From NCBI GenBank assembly GCA_964648865.1, contig CAZYLV010000002.1:15272-79271 (forward strand): 64,000 nt of DNA, given 5' to 3'. Positions within the stretch are counted from its first letter, which is position 1, and every line of letters begins with the position of its first letter. The position numbers were made by a program, and so were the translations under genes. This DNA comes from an uncultured Gammaproteobacteria bacterium (GTDB lineage Bacteria; Patescibacteriota; Patescibacteriia; 2-12-FULL-57-11). Below are positions 9,133 through 18,880 of the stretch, piece after piece. Below the pieces are notes generated by a model. That model was not told the origin of the DNA and did not search any database. It worked only from the letters and a program-made list of their open reading frames with translations.

Positions 9133-10119
9133 ATGCCTCATGTCCCGTACGGCAACCTCAAAGGGGCCACCGTCCTGGTGACCGGCGCCGCCGGTTTCAT
9201 CGGCTCCCATCTCGTCGATCGGCTCTTGGCCCTCGGCGCGTTCGTGGTGGGCGCGGACAACCTCTCGACCGGCCGCATGGAGAACCTGGCGGGCGCCCGC
9301 AAGGACGAGCGCTTCACCTTCGTCCGTGCCGACGTCAACCGCTTCGAGGAGGTCGCCCAGATCTTCTCCGCGCATCGCATCGACTACGTCTTCCACTACG
9401 CGGCGGTGGTCGGCGTGCAGAACGTCATCGAGCGGCCGCTCGAGGTGTTCAAGGACCTCGACGGCATCAAGTACCTGCTCGCCCTCTCGCACGCCCACCG
9501 CGTCAAGAAGTTCGTCTTCGCCTCGTCGTCGGAGGCCTACGGCGAGCCGGTGGAGCTGCCGGAACGCGAAGAGGGCATCCTCAACGTCAACGCCGACGAT
9601 CCCTACGGGCTGACCAAACTGGTGGGGGAGAACATGGTCCGCAACTACTGGCGCCGGTTCCGGCTGCCCGGCTGTTCGCTGCGGTTCTTCAACGTCTACG
9701 GCCCGCGGCAGAACGCCACGCCCTACGGTTTCGTCGTCGGCATCTTCATCACACGCGCCCTGGCGGGCGAGCCGCCGGTCATCTTCGGCGACGGCACGGC
9801 GACGCGTGACTTCGTCTACGTCGACGACAACGTCGAAGCGGCGATCCGCGCCCTGCTGCTCGAGACGACCAACGGACAGACGCTCAACGTCGGCAGCGGC
9901 AACCAGACCACCGTCGGCGAGCTCGCGGCGCAGGTGGTGACCTTGTCCGGCAAGGCGCTGCGCCCGATGCGCGAGCCGGAGCGCGCCATCGAGGTCAAGT
10001 ACCGCTGTCCGGACGTCACCAAGATGCGCGAGCTGCTCGATTTCGAGCCGCAGGTGCATCTCCAAGAGGGACTGCGGCGGACCTTCGACTGGTACCGGTC
10101 CGGTGCCCATGGCTCCTGA
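9133..10119 (+). CDS. NAD-dependent nucleotide-sugar epimerase/dehydratase (SDR family)
   Basis: VLVTGAAGFIGSHLVDRL Rossmann motif and a YxxxK catalytic region. An alternative start lies at 9094. Confidence 0.8.
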   Translation: MPHVPYGNLKGATVLVTGAAGFIGSHLVDRLLALGAFVVGADNLSTGRMENLAGARKDERFTFVRADVNRFEEVAQIFSAHRIDYVFHYAAVVGVQNVIERPLEVFKDLDGIKYLLALSHAHRVKKFVFASSSEAYGEPVELPEREEGILNVNADDPYGLTKLVGENMVRNYWRRFRLPGCSLRFFNVYGPRQNATPYGFVVGIFITRALAGEPPVIFGDGTATRDFVYVDDNVEAAIRALLLETTNGQTLNVGSGNQTTVGELAAQVVTLSGKALRPMREPERAIEVKYRCPDVTKMRELLDFEPQVHLQEGLRRTFDWYRSGAHGS

Positions 10120-12364
10120 ATCGACCATCATCCTTTTCTCCGCTTTCTACGACCCGTGGATGAGCGGCGCGGAACGGTGCGTGCAGGAAGTGGTAGGACG
10201 GCTCTCGGGCCGCTACCACTTCACGCTTTTTACGTGCCGTCTCTCCCGGACCGTCCCGGCGCGCGAGTCGCGGTCGGGGCATGAGATCGTCCGTCTCGGC
10301 GTCGGGCATCCGATCGACAAGTGGCTCTTCCCGCTCCTGGCGCCGCTGGCCGCCCTGCGCGTCCGCGCCGCGGTCGCCCACGCGGTCATGGAGTCCTACG
10401 CCGGCATCGCGCTGTGGGTCCTGTGCCTGCTGCGTCCGCGCATGCGCACCGTGCTCACCCTCCAGAGCGGCGACCTGGACAACGACGCCAAGCAGCGGCG
10501 CATCCCGGCCTGGCTGTGGCGGCGTATCCACCGCTCGCCCGACCGCGTGACGGCCATCAGCCGCTTCCTCGCCGACCGTGCGGTCCGTCTCGGCGCCGAT
10601 CCCGTGCGGGTCTCGGTCATCCCCAACGGCGTGGACCTTTCTCGCATCACCCCGCAGCGCCCTGCGGAGCGGGTGGCGCACCGCATCGTCTGCGTGGCGC
10701 GCCTCTCCTGGGAGAAGGGCCTGGGCGAGCTGCTCGAGGCCCTGGCGATCGTCCGTCGCGACGTGCCGGACGCGCACCTGGTGCTCGTCGGGGAGGGCAA
10801 GGAGCGCATCGCCCTCGAGGCCAAGGCGCGTGCGCTGGGCGTCGCGCCGGCGGTCGATTTCCGCGGCGCGTTGCCGAATGCCGAGGCGCTCGCCGTGCTG
10901 CGGACCGCGGACGTCTTCGCCTGCCCGTCGCGGGCCGAGGGGCTCGGCATCGTTTTCATCGAGGCGCAGGCCTGTGGCGTGCCGCCGGTCGGCACGCGCG
11001 TGGGCGGCATCCCCGACGTCATCCAAGACGGGAAGAACGGCCTGCTCGTGCCGCTCGAGGACGCCGAGGCGCTCGCCGCGGCATTGATGCGCGTCATGAA
11101 GGAATCCGGATTGCGGGAACGCCTGGTCGCCGGAGCACGGGAGACGCTGGCGCGTTTCGATTGGCAGGGGATCGTCGAGCACTACGCCGCGCTTTACGGC
11201 CGTCTCCTGCAGGGGCGTTCCGTGCTCATCGCCACCGGCATCTACCCGCCGGCGGTCGGCGGCCCGGCGACCTATACGTACACGCTCGCGCCGCGGCTCG
11301 TGGAGCGCGGCTGGCGCGTGCGCATCGTCACCTATGGCGACGCCGCGACGCGGAAGACCGGCCACGACGGCGCGGCGCTTCATGTGGTGTCGCGCGTCCT
11401 GCCGCCGGGCCTCCGGCATCTCGCCTATCTCCTTTCCGCGTTCCGCCGCGCGCGCGACGCCGATCTGGTATACGCCCAGGACCCCGTCTCCTCCGGCTTG
11501 CCTGCCTCCCTCGCGGCGTTCCTGCGGCGCCGACGGTTCGCCATCAAGGTCGTCGGCGATCATGCCTGGGAGCAGGGACAAGCGCGGTTCGGGGTGCGTG
11601 CGTTGCTCGATGATTTCCAGAAGCGGCGCTTCGGGTTCCGCGTCGAGCTGCTCCGCGCCGTCCAGCGCTTCGTCGTCCGCCGCGCGGCCCGCGTCATCAC
11701 GCCGAGCCGGTACCTTGCGGGCATCGTCGCGCAGTGGGGCGTTCCGGAAGCACGGGTGCGCGTGGTGGAGAACGCCGTGCATGCCATGGACGTCCCGACG
11801 CCGCCGGATGCCGAGGCGCTCGCGGCGCGCACGCCGGAGATCGTCAGCGCCGGACGCTTCCTGCCGTGGAAGGGGATGTGGGAACTCGTCGGCGCCCTGC
11901 CTGCCGTCCGTGCCCGGGTGCCCGGCGCGCGTTTGACCCTCATCGGCGACGGGCCCGAGCGCCCCCGCATCGAGGCCGAGGTCGCGCGGCTCGGACTCGG
12001 GGATGCGGTGACGTTCACCGGCCGCTTGCCGCAGCCGGAGGCGTTCGGCCGCGTCGCTGCCGGGCGCGTCTTCGTGCTCTACACGGGCTACGAAGGGTTC
12101 TCGCACCAGCTCGTCGAGGCCATGTCCAGCGGCGTGCCGGTCGTCGCCAGCGACGCCGGCGGGAACCCCGAGGTCGCGGCGCACGAGCGGAACGCGTTGG
12201 TCGTGCGCTGGGGCGATGCGGCCGCGCTCACCGCGGCCATCGTGCGGCTGCTTGAGGACGCGGCGCTCAGCGCGCGTCTCGCGGCCGAAGCGCGCAAGAC
12301 GGCGGCCCTGTATCCCGAAGAGCGCATGGTCTCCGGGACCGTGGATGCGCTGTCCGACTTTTGA
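10103..12364 (+). CDS. Tandem double GT4 glycosyltransferase (two complete GT4 domains in one 753-aa polypeptide)
   Basis: The first GT4 signature is CPSRAEGLGIVFIEAQACGVPPVGTRVGGIPDVIQDGKNGLLV. The second is YTGYEGFSHQLVEAMSSGVPVVASDAGGNPEV. The reading frame is continuous. Confidence 0.75.
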   Translation: MPMAPESTIILFSAFYDPWMSGAERCVQEVVGRLSGRYHFTLFTCRLSRTVPARESRSGHEIVRLGVGHPIDKWLFPLLAPLAALRVRAAVAHAVMESYAGIALWVLCLLRPRMRTVLTLQSGDLDNDAKQRRIPAWLWRRIHRSPDRVTAISRFLADRAVRLGADPVRVSVIPNGVDLSRITPQRPAERVAHRIVCVARLSWEKGLGELLEALAIVRRDVPDAHLVLVGEGKERIALEAKARALGVAPAVDFRGALPNAEALAVLRTADVFACPSRAEGLGIVFIEAQACGVPPVGTRVGGIPDVIQDGKNGLLVPLEDAEALAAALMRVMKESGLRERLVAGARETLARFDWQGIVEHYAALYGRLLQGRSVLIATGIYPPAVGGPATYTYTLAPRLVERGWRVRIVTYGDAATRKTGHDGAALHVVSRVLPPGLRHLAYLLSAFRRARDADLVYAQDPVSSGLPASLAAFLRRRRFAIKVVGDHAWEQGQARFGVRALLDDFQKRRFGFRVELLRAVQRFVVRRAARVITPSRYLAGIVAQWGVPEARVRVVENAVHAMDVPTPPDAEALAARTPEIVSAGRFLPWKGMWELVGALPAVRARVPGARLTLIGDGPERPRIEAEVARLGLGDAVTFTGRLPQPEAFGRVAAGRVFVLYTGYEGFSHQLVEAMSSGVPVVASDAGGNPEVAAHERNALVVRWGDAAALTAAIVRLLEDAALSARLAAEARKTAALYPEERMVSGTVDALSDF

Positions 12365-12365
12365 T

Positions 12366-13397
12366 ATGCCCGCGCGCGTCTTCATGATCAGCCGCGATCC
12401 GTCCGCCGAGCAGGCGAGCAGCGCCACGGCCGCCCGGCTCGATGCCTACCGTACCGCGGGCGCCGAGCTCGTGGTGCGCGCGCTGACTCCGCGAAGCCTG
12501 ATCCGCATCCTGCGCGACGGGCTGCGTACGGTCGGCCGCGGCTGGGTGGTCACGGCGCAGGACCCGTTCGAGGCCGGGCTCGTGGCGTGGTTCATCGCCT
12601 GGATGCGCGGCGCCAGGCTCGAGCTCCAGATGCATGGCGATTTCCTGAACCCGGCGTGGTGGCGCGAGGTCTGGCACCGGCCCATCCGTCTGGTCCTCGC
12701 GCGGGTGTTGCTGCGTCGCGCCGACGGCGTGCGTGTCCCCGGAGAGCGGGTGGCGCGGTCGCTCGCGGGGCTCGTCCCGGCGGAGCGCATCGTGAAGGTT
12801 CCGGTAGCGCCCACTCCTGGTGCCGTACGGGGCGAACCTGTCGAGTGGCAGCGTGTCCTCCTTGCCGCCCGTTTCAGTCCCGAGAAGGACATCCCGTTGC
12901 TGGTGCGCGCGTTCGCGTCCATCGCGTCGCGGTTCCCCCAAGCGGTCTTGGTGTTGCGCGGCGAGGGTCCGGAGATCGGCCGTATCCAAGCAGAGGTCCG
13001 CTCGGTGCGTGGCCTGTTGGTCCGGCAAGACCAGATCCAATTCCAGAGGCCCTTCACTCCAGATGACCCTTCCCCGGACACCGCCGGTGTCGTCGTCATC
13101 AGCTCGCGGCACGAATCCTGGAGCCGCATCGCTGTCGAGGCCGCGCTCGCCGGGCGCGCGGTCGTGATGACCGACGTCGGTTGTGCTGGTGAAGTCATCA
13201 TCGACGGCGAGAGCGGATGGGTCGTGCCGCCAGGAGACGAGGCCGCGTTCGCTGCAGCGCTTGCCGACGCGCTCGCGCGTCCGGATGAGGCACGTCGCCG
13301 CGGAGAGAACGCACGGAAGGCCGCGGAAGCGTTGCCGAGCGGCAGCGACGTCGCCCGCCGCATCGTCGCGGCGTGGTACAGGCTTGTAGGGGCGTAA
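12366..13397 (+). CDS. GT4-family glycosyltransferase
   Basis: VVISSRHESWSRIAVEAALAGRAVVMTDVGCAGEVIIDGESGWVV. Start placed at the ATG overlapping the upstream stop (TGATATG). Confidence 0.7.
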   Translation: MPARVFMISRDPSAEQASSATAARLDAYRTAGAELVVRALTPRSLIRILRDGLRTVGRGWVVTAQDPFEAGLVAWFIAWMRGARLELQMHGDFLNPAWWREVWHRPIRLVLARVLLRRADGVRVPGERVARSLAGLVPAERIVKVPVAPTPGAVRGEPVEWQRVLLAARFSPEKDIPLLVRAFASIASRFPQAVLVLRGEGPEIGRIQAEVRSVRGLLVRQDQIQFQRPFTPDDPSPDTAGVVVISSRHESWSRIAVEAALAGRAVVMTDVGCAGEVIIDGESGWVVPPGDEAAFAAALADALARPDEARRRGENARKAAEALPSGSDVARRIVAAWYRLVGA

Positions 13398-13419
13398 TGC
13401 ATTACGCCCCTACGCAGGT

Positions 13420-14139
13420 ATGACCTACTCCTTCATCATCCCCGCCTACAACGAGGAATCCGCCATCGCCGAAGCGATCGCGGCGGTCTTGGCGTACGCC
13501 GACCGGCTGGGCGACGCCGAGCTCGTCGTCGTCGACGACGGGTCGACGGACGCCACGGCGGCGCGCGTCGCGGCGGTCCGCGATCCGCGCCTGCGGCTCA
13601 TCCGCCTGCCGCAGAACCGCGGCAAGGGCGCGGCGGTGCGCGCCGGCATGCTCGCGGCCGCGGGGGAGTGGCGCATCTTCTTGGATGCCGACCTCTCGAC
13701 GCGCCCGGAGGAATTCGAGTCCTTCCGCCCGCATCTCGCTGCCGCCGACGTGCTGGTGGGGTCGCGCGCGGTGCCCGGTGCCCGCATCGCCGTGCGTCAG
13801 CCCTTTTGGCGCGAGCAGGGCGGCCGCGTCTTCAACCGCGCGGTCCAACTCCTGCTCGATCTCCCCATCCGCGATACCCAGTGCGGCTTCAAGTGCTTCT
13901 CGGCGCGCGCGGTGCCGGCCTTCGCCGAGACGCGCACCGACGGCTGGGCCTTCGACGCCGAGGTTCTGGTCCGCGCCCACCGCGGCGGTCTGCGCGTCCG
14001 GGAGCTGCCGGTGGCCTGGCGCCACGACCCGACGAGCCATGTGCGCCTCTCCGGCATCGCCCGGGCGGTCATCGACCTCCTGCGCATCCGCCGTTTGACC
14101 CGGGCCGCGAAACCGCCTATGGTGGAGGGTCCGCTATGA
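13420..14139 (+). CDS. GT2 glycosyltransferase, polyprenyl-phosphate sugar synthase-like (DPM1/Ppm1-like)
   Basis: IIPAYNEE...VVDDGSTDAT...NRGKGAAVRAG...LDADLS motifs. Confidence 0.8.
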   Translation: MTYSFIIPAYNEESAIAEAIAAVLAYADRLGDAELVVVDDGSTDATAARVAAVRDPRLRLIRLPQNRGKGAAVRAGMLAAAGEWRIFLDADLSTRPEEFESFRPHLAAADVLVGSRAVPGARIAVRQPFWREQGGRVFNRAVQLLLDLPIRDTQCGFKCFSARAVPAFAETRTDGWAFDAEVLVRAHRGGLRVRELPVAWRHDPTSHVRLSGIARAVIDLLRIRRLTRAAKPPMVEGPL

Positions 14140-15206
14140 AGCACATCGCCCTGGTGGCCGGCGCGCGGCCCAATTTCATGAAGGTGGCTCCGTTGCGCGA
14201 AGCCCTCGTGGCGCGCGGCGCCCGCGTGAGCCTCATCCATACCGGCCAGCATTACGATCCGCTGATGTCGGAGGTCTTTTTCCGCGACCTCGGCTTGCCC
14301 GCGCCGGACGTGCATCTCGGCGTCGGCCCCGGTGACCGTGTCACGCAGACCCGCGCCATCGTCGAGGCGCTCGTCCCGGCGCTGCGGGAACACGTGCCGG
14401 ACGTGCTGGTCGTGGTCGGCGACGTCACCTCGACGGCCGCCGCCGCCATCGCCGGCACGCTCGCCGGCATCCCGGTGGCGCACGTCGAAGCGGGCTTGCG
14501 CTCCTTCCACTGGCCGATGCCCGAGGAGCTCAACCGCATGATCGCCGACCACCATAGCCGATGGCTGTTCGTGACCGAGCCGTCCGGCGTCGCCAACCTG
14601 CGGGCCGAGCGCGCTCCGGCCGAGCGTATCCATCTCGTCGGCAACGTCATGATCGACACGCTGCGCCGCTTCGAGCCACGCGTCGCCGCAGCAGATGTCC
14701 GTGTCCGGCTGTCGCTCCCGGAGCGCTACGGCGTGCTCACCCTGCACCGTCCGGAGAACGTCGACGACCCGCAGGTGCTCTCGTCGCTGGCTGGCGCCAT
14801 CACCGAGGCGTCGACGCGGCTTCCTCTCATCTATCCGGTCCACCATCGCGTCCGCGACCGTCTCGTCGGTACGCCGCTCGCCGCCGCGCCGGGCGTCCGC
14901 ACCGTCGAACCGCTCGGCTACGTGGACATGCTCGCCCTGGTGCGCGGCGCCACCCTCGTGCTCACGGATTCCGGCGGCCTGCAGGAGGAGACCACGGCGC
15001 TCGGCATCCCGTGCATCACGGTGCGCGGCCAGACCGAGCGGCCGGTGACCGTCGAGGTCGGGACGAGCGAGATCGTCGGCCACGACCGCGACGCCATCCT
15101 TGACGCGGTCGACCGCGTCCTCGCCGGCGCATGGAAGAAGGGTCGCGTGCCCGACCTCTGGGACGGCCGTGCCGCCGAGCGCATCGCCGAGATCCTGCTT
15201 GCCTGA
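14136..15206 (+). CDS. UDP-N-acetylglucosamine 2-epimerase (non-hydrolysing, WecB-like), copy 1
   Basis: MKHIALVAGARPNFMKVAPL...HTGQHYD...VVVGDVTST...VAHVEAGLRS. Confidence 0.85.
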   Translation: MKHIALVAGARPNFMKVAPLREALVARGARVSLIHTGQHYDPLMSEVFFRDLGLPAPDVHLGVGPGDRVTQTRAIVEALVPALREHVPDVLVVVGDVTSTAAAAIAGTLAGIPVAHVEAGLRSFHWPMPEELNRMIADHHSRWLFVTEPSGVANLRAERAPAERIHLVGNVMIDTLRRFEPRVAAADVRVRLSLPERYGVLTLHRPENVDDPQVLSSLAGAITEASTRLPLIYPVHHRVRDRLVGTPLAAAPGVRTVEPLGYVDMLALVRGATLVLTDSGGLQEETTALGIPCITVRGQTERPVTVEVGTSEIVGHDRDAILDAVDRVLAGAWKKGRVPDLWDGRAAERIAEILLA

Positions 15207-16225
15207 TGCTTCGCCTCCTCTTTGTCACGCCCAAGATCCACGAACGCGACGATGATTTCGCGTTCACCTCGCTGTGGGCGCAGGCCTTTGCGCGCGCCGG
15301 CTTCGCCGTGACCGTGGTGGCGCTCGAAGTGCGCGAACATGCCCTGCCCTTCCCGGTGCGTTCGCTGGGGCGCGAACAGGGATGGCCGACGTGGCGTTCC
15401 TTCATGGAATTCCAGAAGGTCATCCTGACGACGCCGCATGACCGCGTCTTCGTGCACATGAATCCGCGGTGGCTCGCGGCCGGCGCCTGGTACTGGTGGC
15501 TGCGCCGCACGCCGACGTACCTATGGTACACGCACTACACGCGGCCGCTCTCGCTCAAGATCGGCGACAAGGTCGTGAAGCGCATGTTCGCGGCCACCAA
15601 GGACTGTCTCCCGCAGTACGAAGGGGACGCCCGCAAAGTCGTCACCGGGCACGGCATCGACACGGCCTTCTGGGACGTGCCTGAGGTGCCGGAGGCCGAG
15701 CGCGAACCGGCGACGCACCTGCTTGCCGTGCACCGCATCTCGCGCTCCAAGCGCATGGAGATCGCGCTCAAGGCGCTGGCGTTGCTGCCGCCGACGTACA
15801 CCTTGACCCACTACGGCCGGCCGCTCGACCCGCGCCAGGATCCGGAGTATGCCGAGGAGATCCGCGCGCTCGCCGAGAGCCCCGCGCTCAAGGGGCGCGT
15901 GCGCTTCATGGGCTCGCGGCCGATGCCCGAGCTCCGCGAGGTCTATCCGCGCTACCGCGTGGCCATCAACATGGTGCCGGACACCATCGACAAGACCGTG
16001 CTCGAGGCCATGCACTGCGGGCTGACGCCGGTCATCACGCGCGGGCACGCCGCGGCCATCGGGTGGCCGTCCGCGCCGGCCGACGATTCGCCCGAGGCGG
16101 TGGCCGCCTTCATCCGCGCGCTTGCCTCGGCGCCGCGCGAGGAGCTGCGCCGCGTCGTGCGCGAGGGGCATGGGCTGGATGCGCTGGTCGCGAAGCTCGC
16201 CGCCTACATCCGCCCCGGCACCTGA
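15206..16225 (+). CDS. Glycosyltransferase (GT-B fold, GT1/GT4-like)
   Basis: C-terminal LAVHRISRSKRMEIALKAL...VRFMGSRPMPELREVY...EAMHCGLTPVI resembles GT4 C-domains. TGATG overlap with the upstream gene. Confidence 0.55.
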   Translation: MLRLLFVTPKIHERDDDFAFTSLWAQAFARAGFAVTVVALEVREHALPFPVRSLGREQGWPTWRSFMEFQKVILTTPHDRVFVHMNPRWLAAGAWYWWLRRTPTYLWYTHYTRPLSLKIGDKVVKRMFAATKDCLPQYEGDARKVVTGHGIDTAFWDVPEVPEAEREPATHLLAVHRISRSKRMEIALKALALLPPTYTLTHYGRPLDPRQDPEYAEEIRALAESPALKGRVRFMGSRPMPELREVYPRYRVAINMVPDTIDKTVLEAMHCGLTPVITRGHAAAIGWPSAPADDSPEAVAAFIRALASAPREELRRVVREGHGLDALVAKLAAYIRPGT

Positions 16226-16226
16226 T

Positions 16227-18077
16227 ATGTGCGGCATCAACGGCTTCACGTTCTCCGATCCGGAGGCGTTGCGGCGGATGCATGCCGCCACCCGCCACCG
16301 TGGCCCGGACGACGAGGGCTTCCATGAACGGGACGGCGTCTCGTTGGGGCACAACCGGCTGTCCATCATCGACCTCTCGCCGCTCGGACGCCAACCGATG
16401 TCGACGCCCGACGGCCGCTTCACCGTCGTCTTCAACGGCGAGATCTACAATTACCGGGAGCTGCGCACGGAGCTCGAGGCCTCGGGTGTCCGCTTCCGCG
16501 GCGCGTCGGACACCGAGGTCCTGCTCGCGCTCTTCGCCCGCGACGGCGCGTCCTGCCTGGAACGCCTGAACGGCATCTTCGCGTTCGCCGTCTGGGAGCG
16601 CGACTCCCGGACGCTGACGCTCGCGCGCGACCACCTCGGCGTGAAACCGCTCTACTACCACTGGGACGGCGCTCGGCTGGCGTTCTCCTCGGAGATCAAG
16701 GCGCTGCTCACCTTGCCGCATGTCCGGCGCGAGGTCGATCCCGGGGCGCTCTCGCTGTACGTGCGGTTCCTGTACGTCCCCGGGCCGCGCACCATGCTCG
16801 CCGGCATCCGCAAGCTGCAGCCTGGCCACGTGCTCACCCTGCGTGACGCCGAGCTCGCGGTGCGTCCGTACTGGACGCTCGCGGAAGGGGAGCCGTTCGC
16901 GGACCGGGCCGCCGCACGCGCCGCGGTGCGCGAGGGCGTGCTGGCCGCGGTGCGCCGGCAGCTCGTCTCCGATCGACCGCTCGGCGTCTTCCTCTCCGGC
17001 GGGGTCGACTCCACGCTCGTCCTCGCCGCGATGCGCGCGGCGCACGCAGGCGCCATCAAGACCTTCTCCGTCGGCTACGAGGCCACGGACCAGGCCGACA
17101 AGTACAATGCCGACTTCGACGTGGCCGCGCGTACGGCCGCGCGCTTCGGCGCGGAGCATCATCCGATCCGCATCTCCGGCCGCGACGTCGCCGCCGTCTT
17201 CGAGGACGTCGTCCGGCACATGGACGAGCCGATCTCCAACCACGTCCAACCGTCGACCTACCTGCTCGCCAAGTTCGCCAAGCCGCAGATCACCGTGGCG
17301 CTCGGCGGCGACGGCGGCGACGAGCTTTTCGGCGGGTACGACCGCTACTGGTACCACCAGGCGCTCGGCAGGCTCGCGGCGCTGCCGGTGCCGCTGCGGC
17401 ATCCGCGCGTGCTCGCCGGAATCGGGCGGCTGGCGGGCGCACGGTCTCTCGCAGAGAAGGCCGCGACGGCGCCGGGCGTCGACCGCTTCCTGGCGTTCAT
17501 GGGCCAGAAGGACGGCCGCGCGGCGGGGCTGCTGCGCTCCGGCGTCGATCGGCCGGAGACCGTGCGCGCGACGTTCGCGCCGCATTTCGCCGTGCCTTGG
17601 CGCGACGCCGTGAACCAGGTCATGGCCGCGGACGCGCGCAGTTGGCTGCCGGACGAGTCGTTGATGCGCACGGACAAGATGACCATGGCGCACGCCCTCG
17701 AGCAGCGCGTGCCGCTCTTGGACCCGACGCTCGCGGCGCTCGCCTTCCGCATCCCATCGCGCTGGAAGCTCGGCGGCCGTACCTGGGGCAAGCGTATCCT
17801 GCGCGAGGCCTTCCGCGCCGAGCTGCCGGGGTTCGTCCTCGCGCAGAAGAAGCGCGGTTTCTTCTCTCCGGCATCGAAGTGGTTGCGCGGCGACCTGCTG
17901 CCGCTGGCGCGCGAGCTGCTCTCGGACGGCTACGCGGCCGGCAGCGGGGAGTGGCTGGACCTCGCCGCGGCGCGCCGCATCCTCGACGACCACGTGGAGA
18001 AGCGCGCCTACGGCCTCACCCAAGTCTGGGCCGCGATGACGTTCCAGGCGTGGTGGCGGTCGGCCATGGGCCGCTGA
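16227..18077 (+). CDS. Asparagine synthase (glutamine-hydrolysing) family amidotransferase (AsnB/WbpS-like)
   Basis: N-terminal MCGINGF Ntn-glutaminase start, HNRLSIIDLS, and an SGGVDST PP-loop. Confidence 0.85.
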   Translation: MCGINGFTFSDPEALRRMHAATRHRGPDDEGFHERDGVSLGHNRLSIIDLSPLGRQPMSTPDGRFTVVFNGEIYNYRELRTELEASGVRFRGASDTEVLLALFARDGASCLERLNGIFAFAVWERDSRTLTLARDHLGVKPLYYHWDGARLAFSSEIKALLTLPHVRREVDPGALSLYVRFLYVPGPRTMLAGIRKLQPGHVLTLRDAELAVRPYWTLAEGEPFADRAAARAAVREGVLAAVRRQLVSDRPLGVFLSGGVDSTLVLAAMRAAHAGAIKTFSVGYEATDQADKYNADFDVAARTAARFGAEHHPIRISGRDVAAVFEDVVRHMDEPISNHVQPSTYLLAKFAKPQITVALGGDGGDELFGGYDRYWYHQALGRLAALPVPLRHPRVLAGIGRLAGARSLAEKAATAPGVDRFLAFMGQKDGRAAGLLRSGVDRPETVRATFAPHFAVPWRDAVNQVMAADARSWLPDESLMRTDKMTMAHALEQRVPLLDPTLAALAFRIPSRWKLGGRTWGKRILREAFRAELPGFVLAQKKRGFFSPASKWLRGDLLPLARELLSDGYAAGSGEWLDLAAARRILDDHVEKRAYGLTQVWAAMTFQAWWRSAMGR

Positions 18078-18125
18078 GGTGACGCGTCCGCCCGTTTCCG
18101 ATACACTGCGACCCGACTCCAGGAT

Positions 18126-18857
18126 ATGCCCGCATCCGTCCCACCCGCCTTCTCCTATCTGCGCGGCAAAGCGCTGAGCAGCCGCGTCCTTCCGGAGTTC
18201 TTCTCCGTCGACGGGGCGCGCGTGCTCAATGCCGGGTTCGGTGACGGGCCGCAGGCGCTCGTCTATGCCGGCGCCTTCCGCTCGATGCTGGGCGTCGACG
18301 TCAATGCCGAGCGTCTGGAGCGCGCCCGACGCATGCTGGATGCGGCCGGCGTGACGGACGTCGAGCTCATCCAGGGCACGGTCGAGCGCATCCCGCGCCC
18401 GGACAGCAGCTTCGACGCCGTCTTGGCCATCGACATCATCGAGCACGTCGAACGCCCCGACGCCTTCCTGACGGAGATGCGGCGCCTCCTCGTGCCGGGC
18501 GGCCGCATGCTCGTCACCTTCCCCGCCATGCACGACCGCTTCGTGGACACGGTGTCGGCGGTCGGTCGGCTCTTGGGGCGCAAGGGGCACGCGCATCCCG
18601 AGGGGTGGCACCCCGACTACCACCAACGCGAGTTGCCCGTGCGCGTCTGGAGGAAGACGGTGGAGGACGCCGGGTTCCGCTGCACGCGCAGCGGCGCCAC
18701 GACGATGTTCCCGCCGCTCCACCTCTACGGAGTGCCTCGGTTCTGGTTCTCCAACACGATCATCCATGCCATCGACCGTCGGATCGCCGCGCTGCCCGGG
18801 ATCCGGCTGCTGGGACAGACGGTGATGGCGGAATGCGTCAACCAAAAACGGGCCTGA
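18126..18857 (+). CDS. Class I SAM-dependent methyltransferase
   Basis: VLNAGFGDGP motif I and DAVLAIDIIEHV. A decent AGGA upstream. Confidence 0.75.
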   Translation: MPASVPPAFSYLRGKALSSRVLPEFFSVDGARVLNAGFGDGPQALVYAGAFRSMLGVDVNAERLERARRMLDAAGVTDVELIQGTVERIPRPDSSFDAVLAIDIIEHVERPDAFLTEMRRLLVPGGRMLVTFPAMHDRFVDTVSAVGRLLGRKGHAHPEGWHPDYHQRELPVRVWRKTVEDAGFRCTRSGATTMFPPLHLYGVPRFWFSNTIIHAIDRRIAALPGIRLLGQTVMAECVNQKRA

Positions 18858-18877
18858 GCAGGCCCGTTCCCTTTTTG
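18843..18877. terminator. Bidirectional rho-independent terminator between convergent genes
   Basis: CAAAAACGGGCCTG-AG-CAGGCCCGTTCCCTTTTTG: a 9-10 bp stem with an A-run on one side and a T-run on the other. Confidence 0.6.
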
Positions 18878-18880
18878 CGT

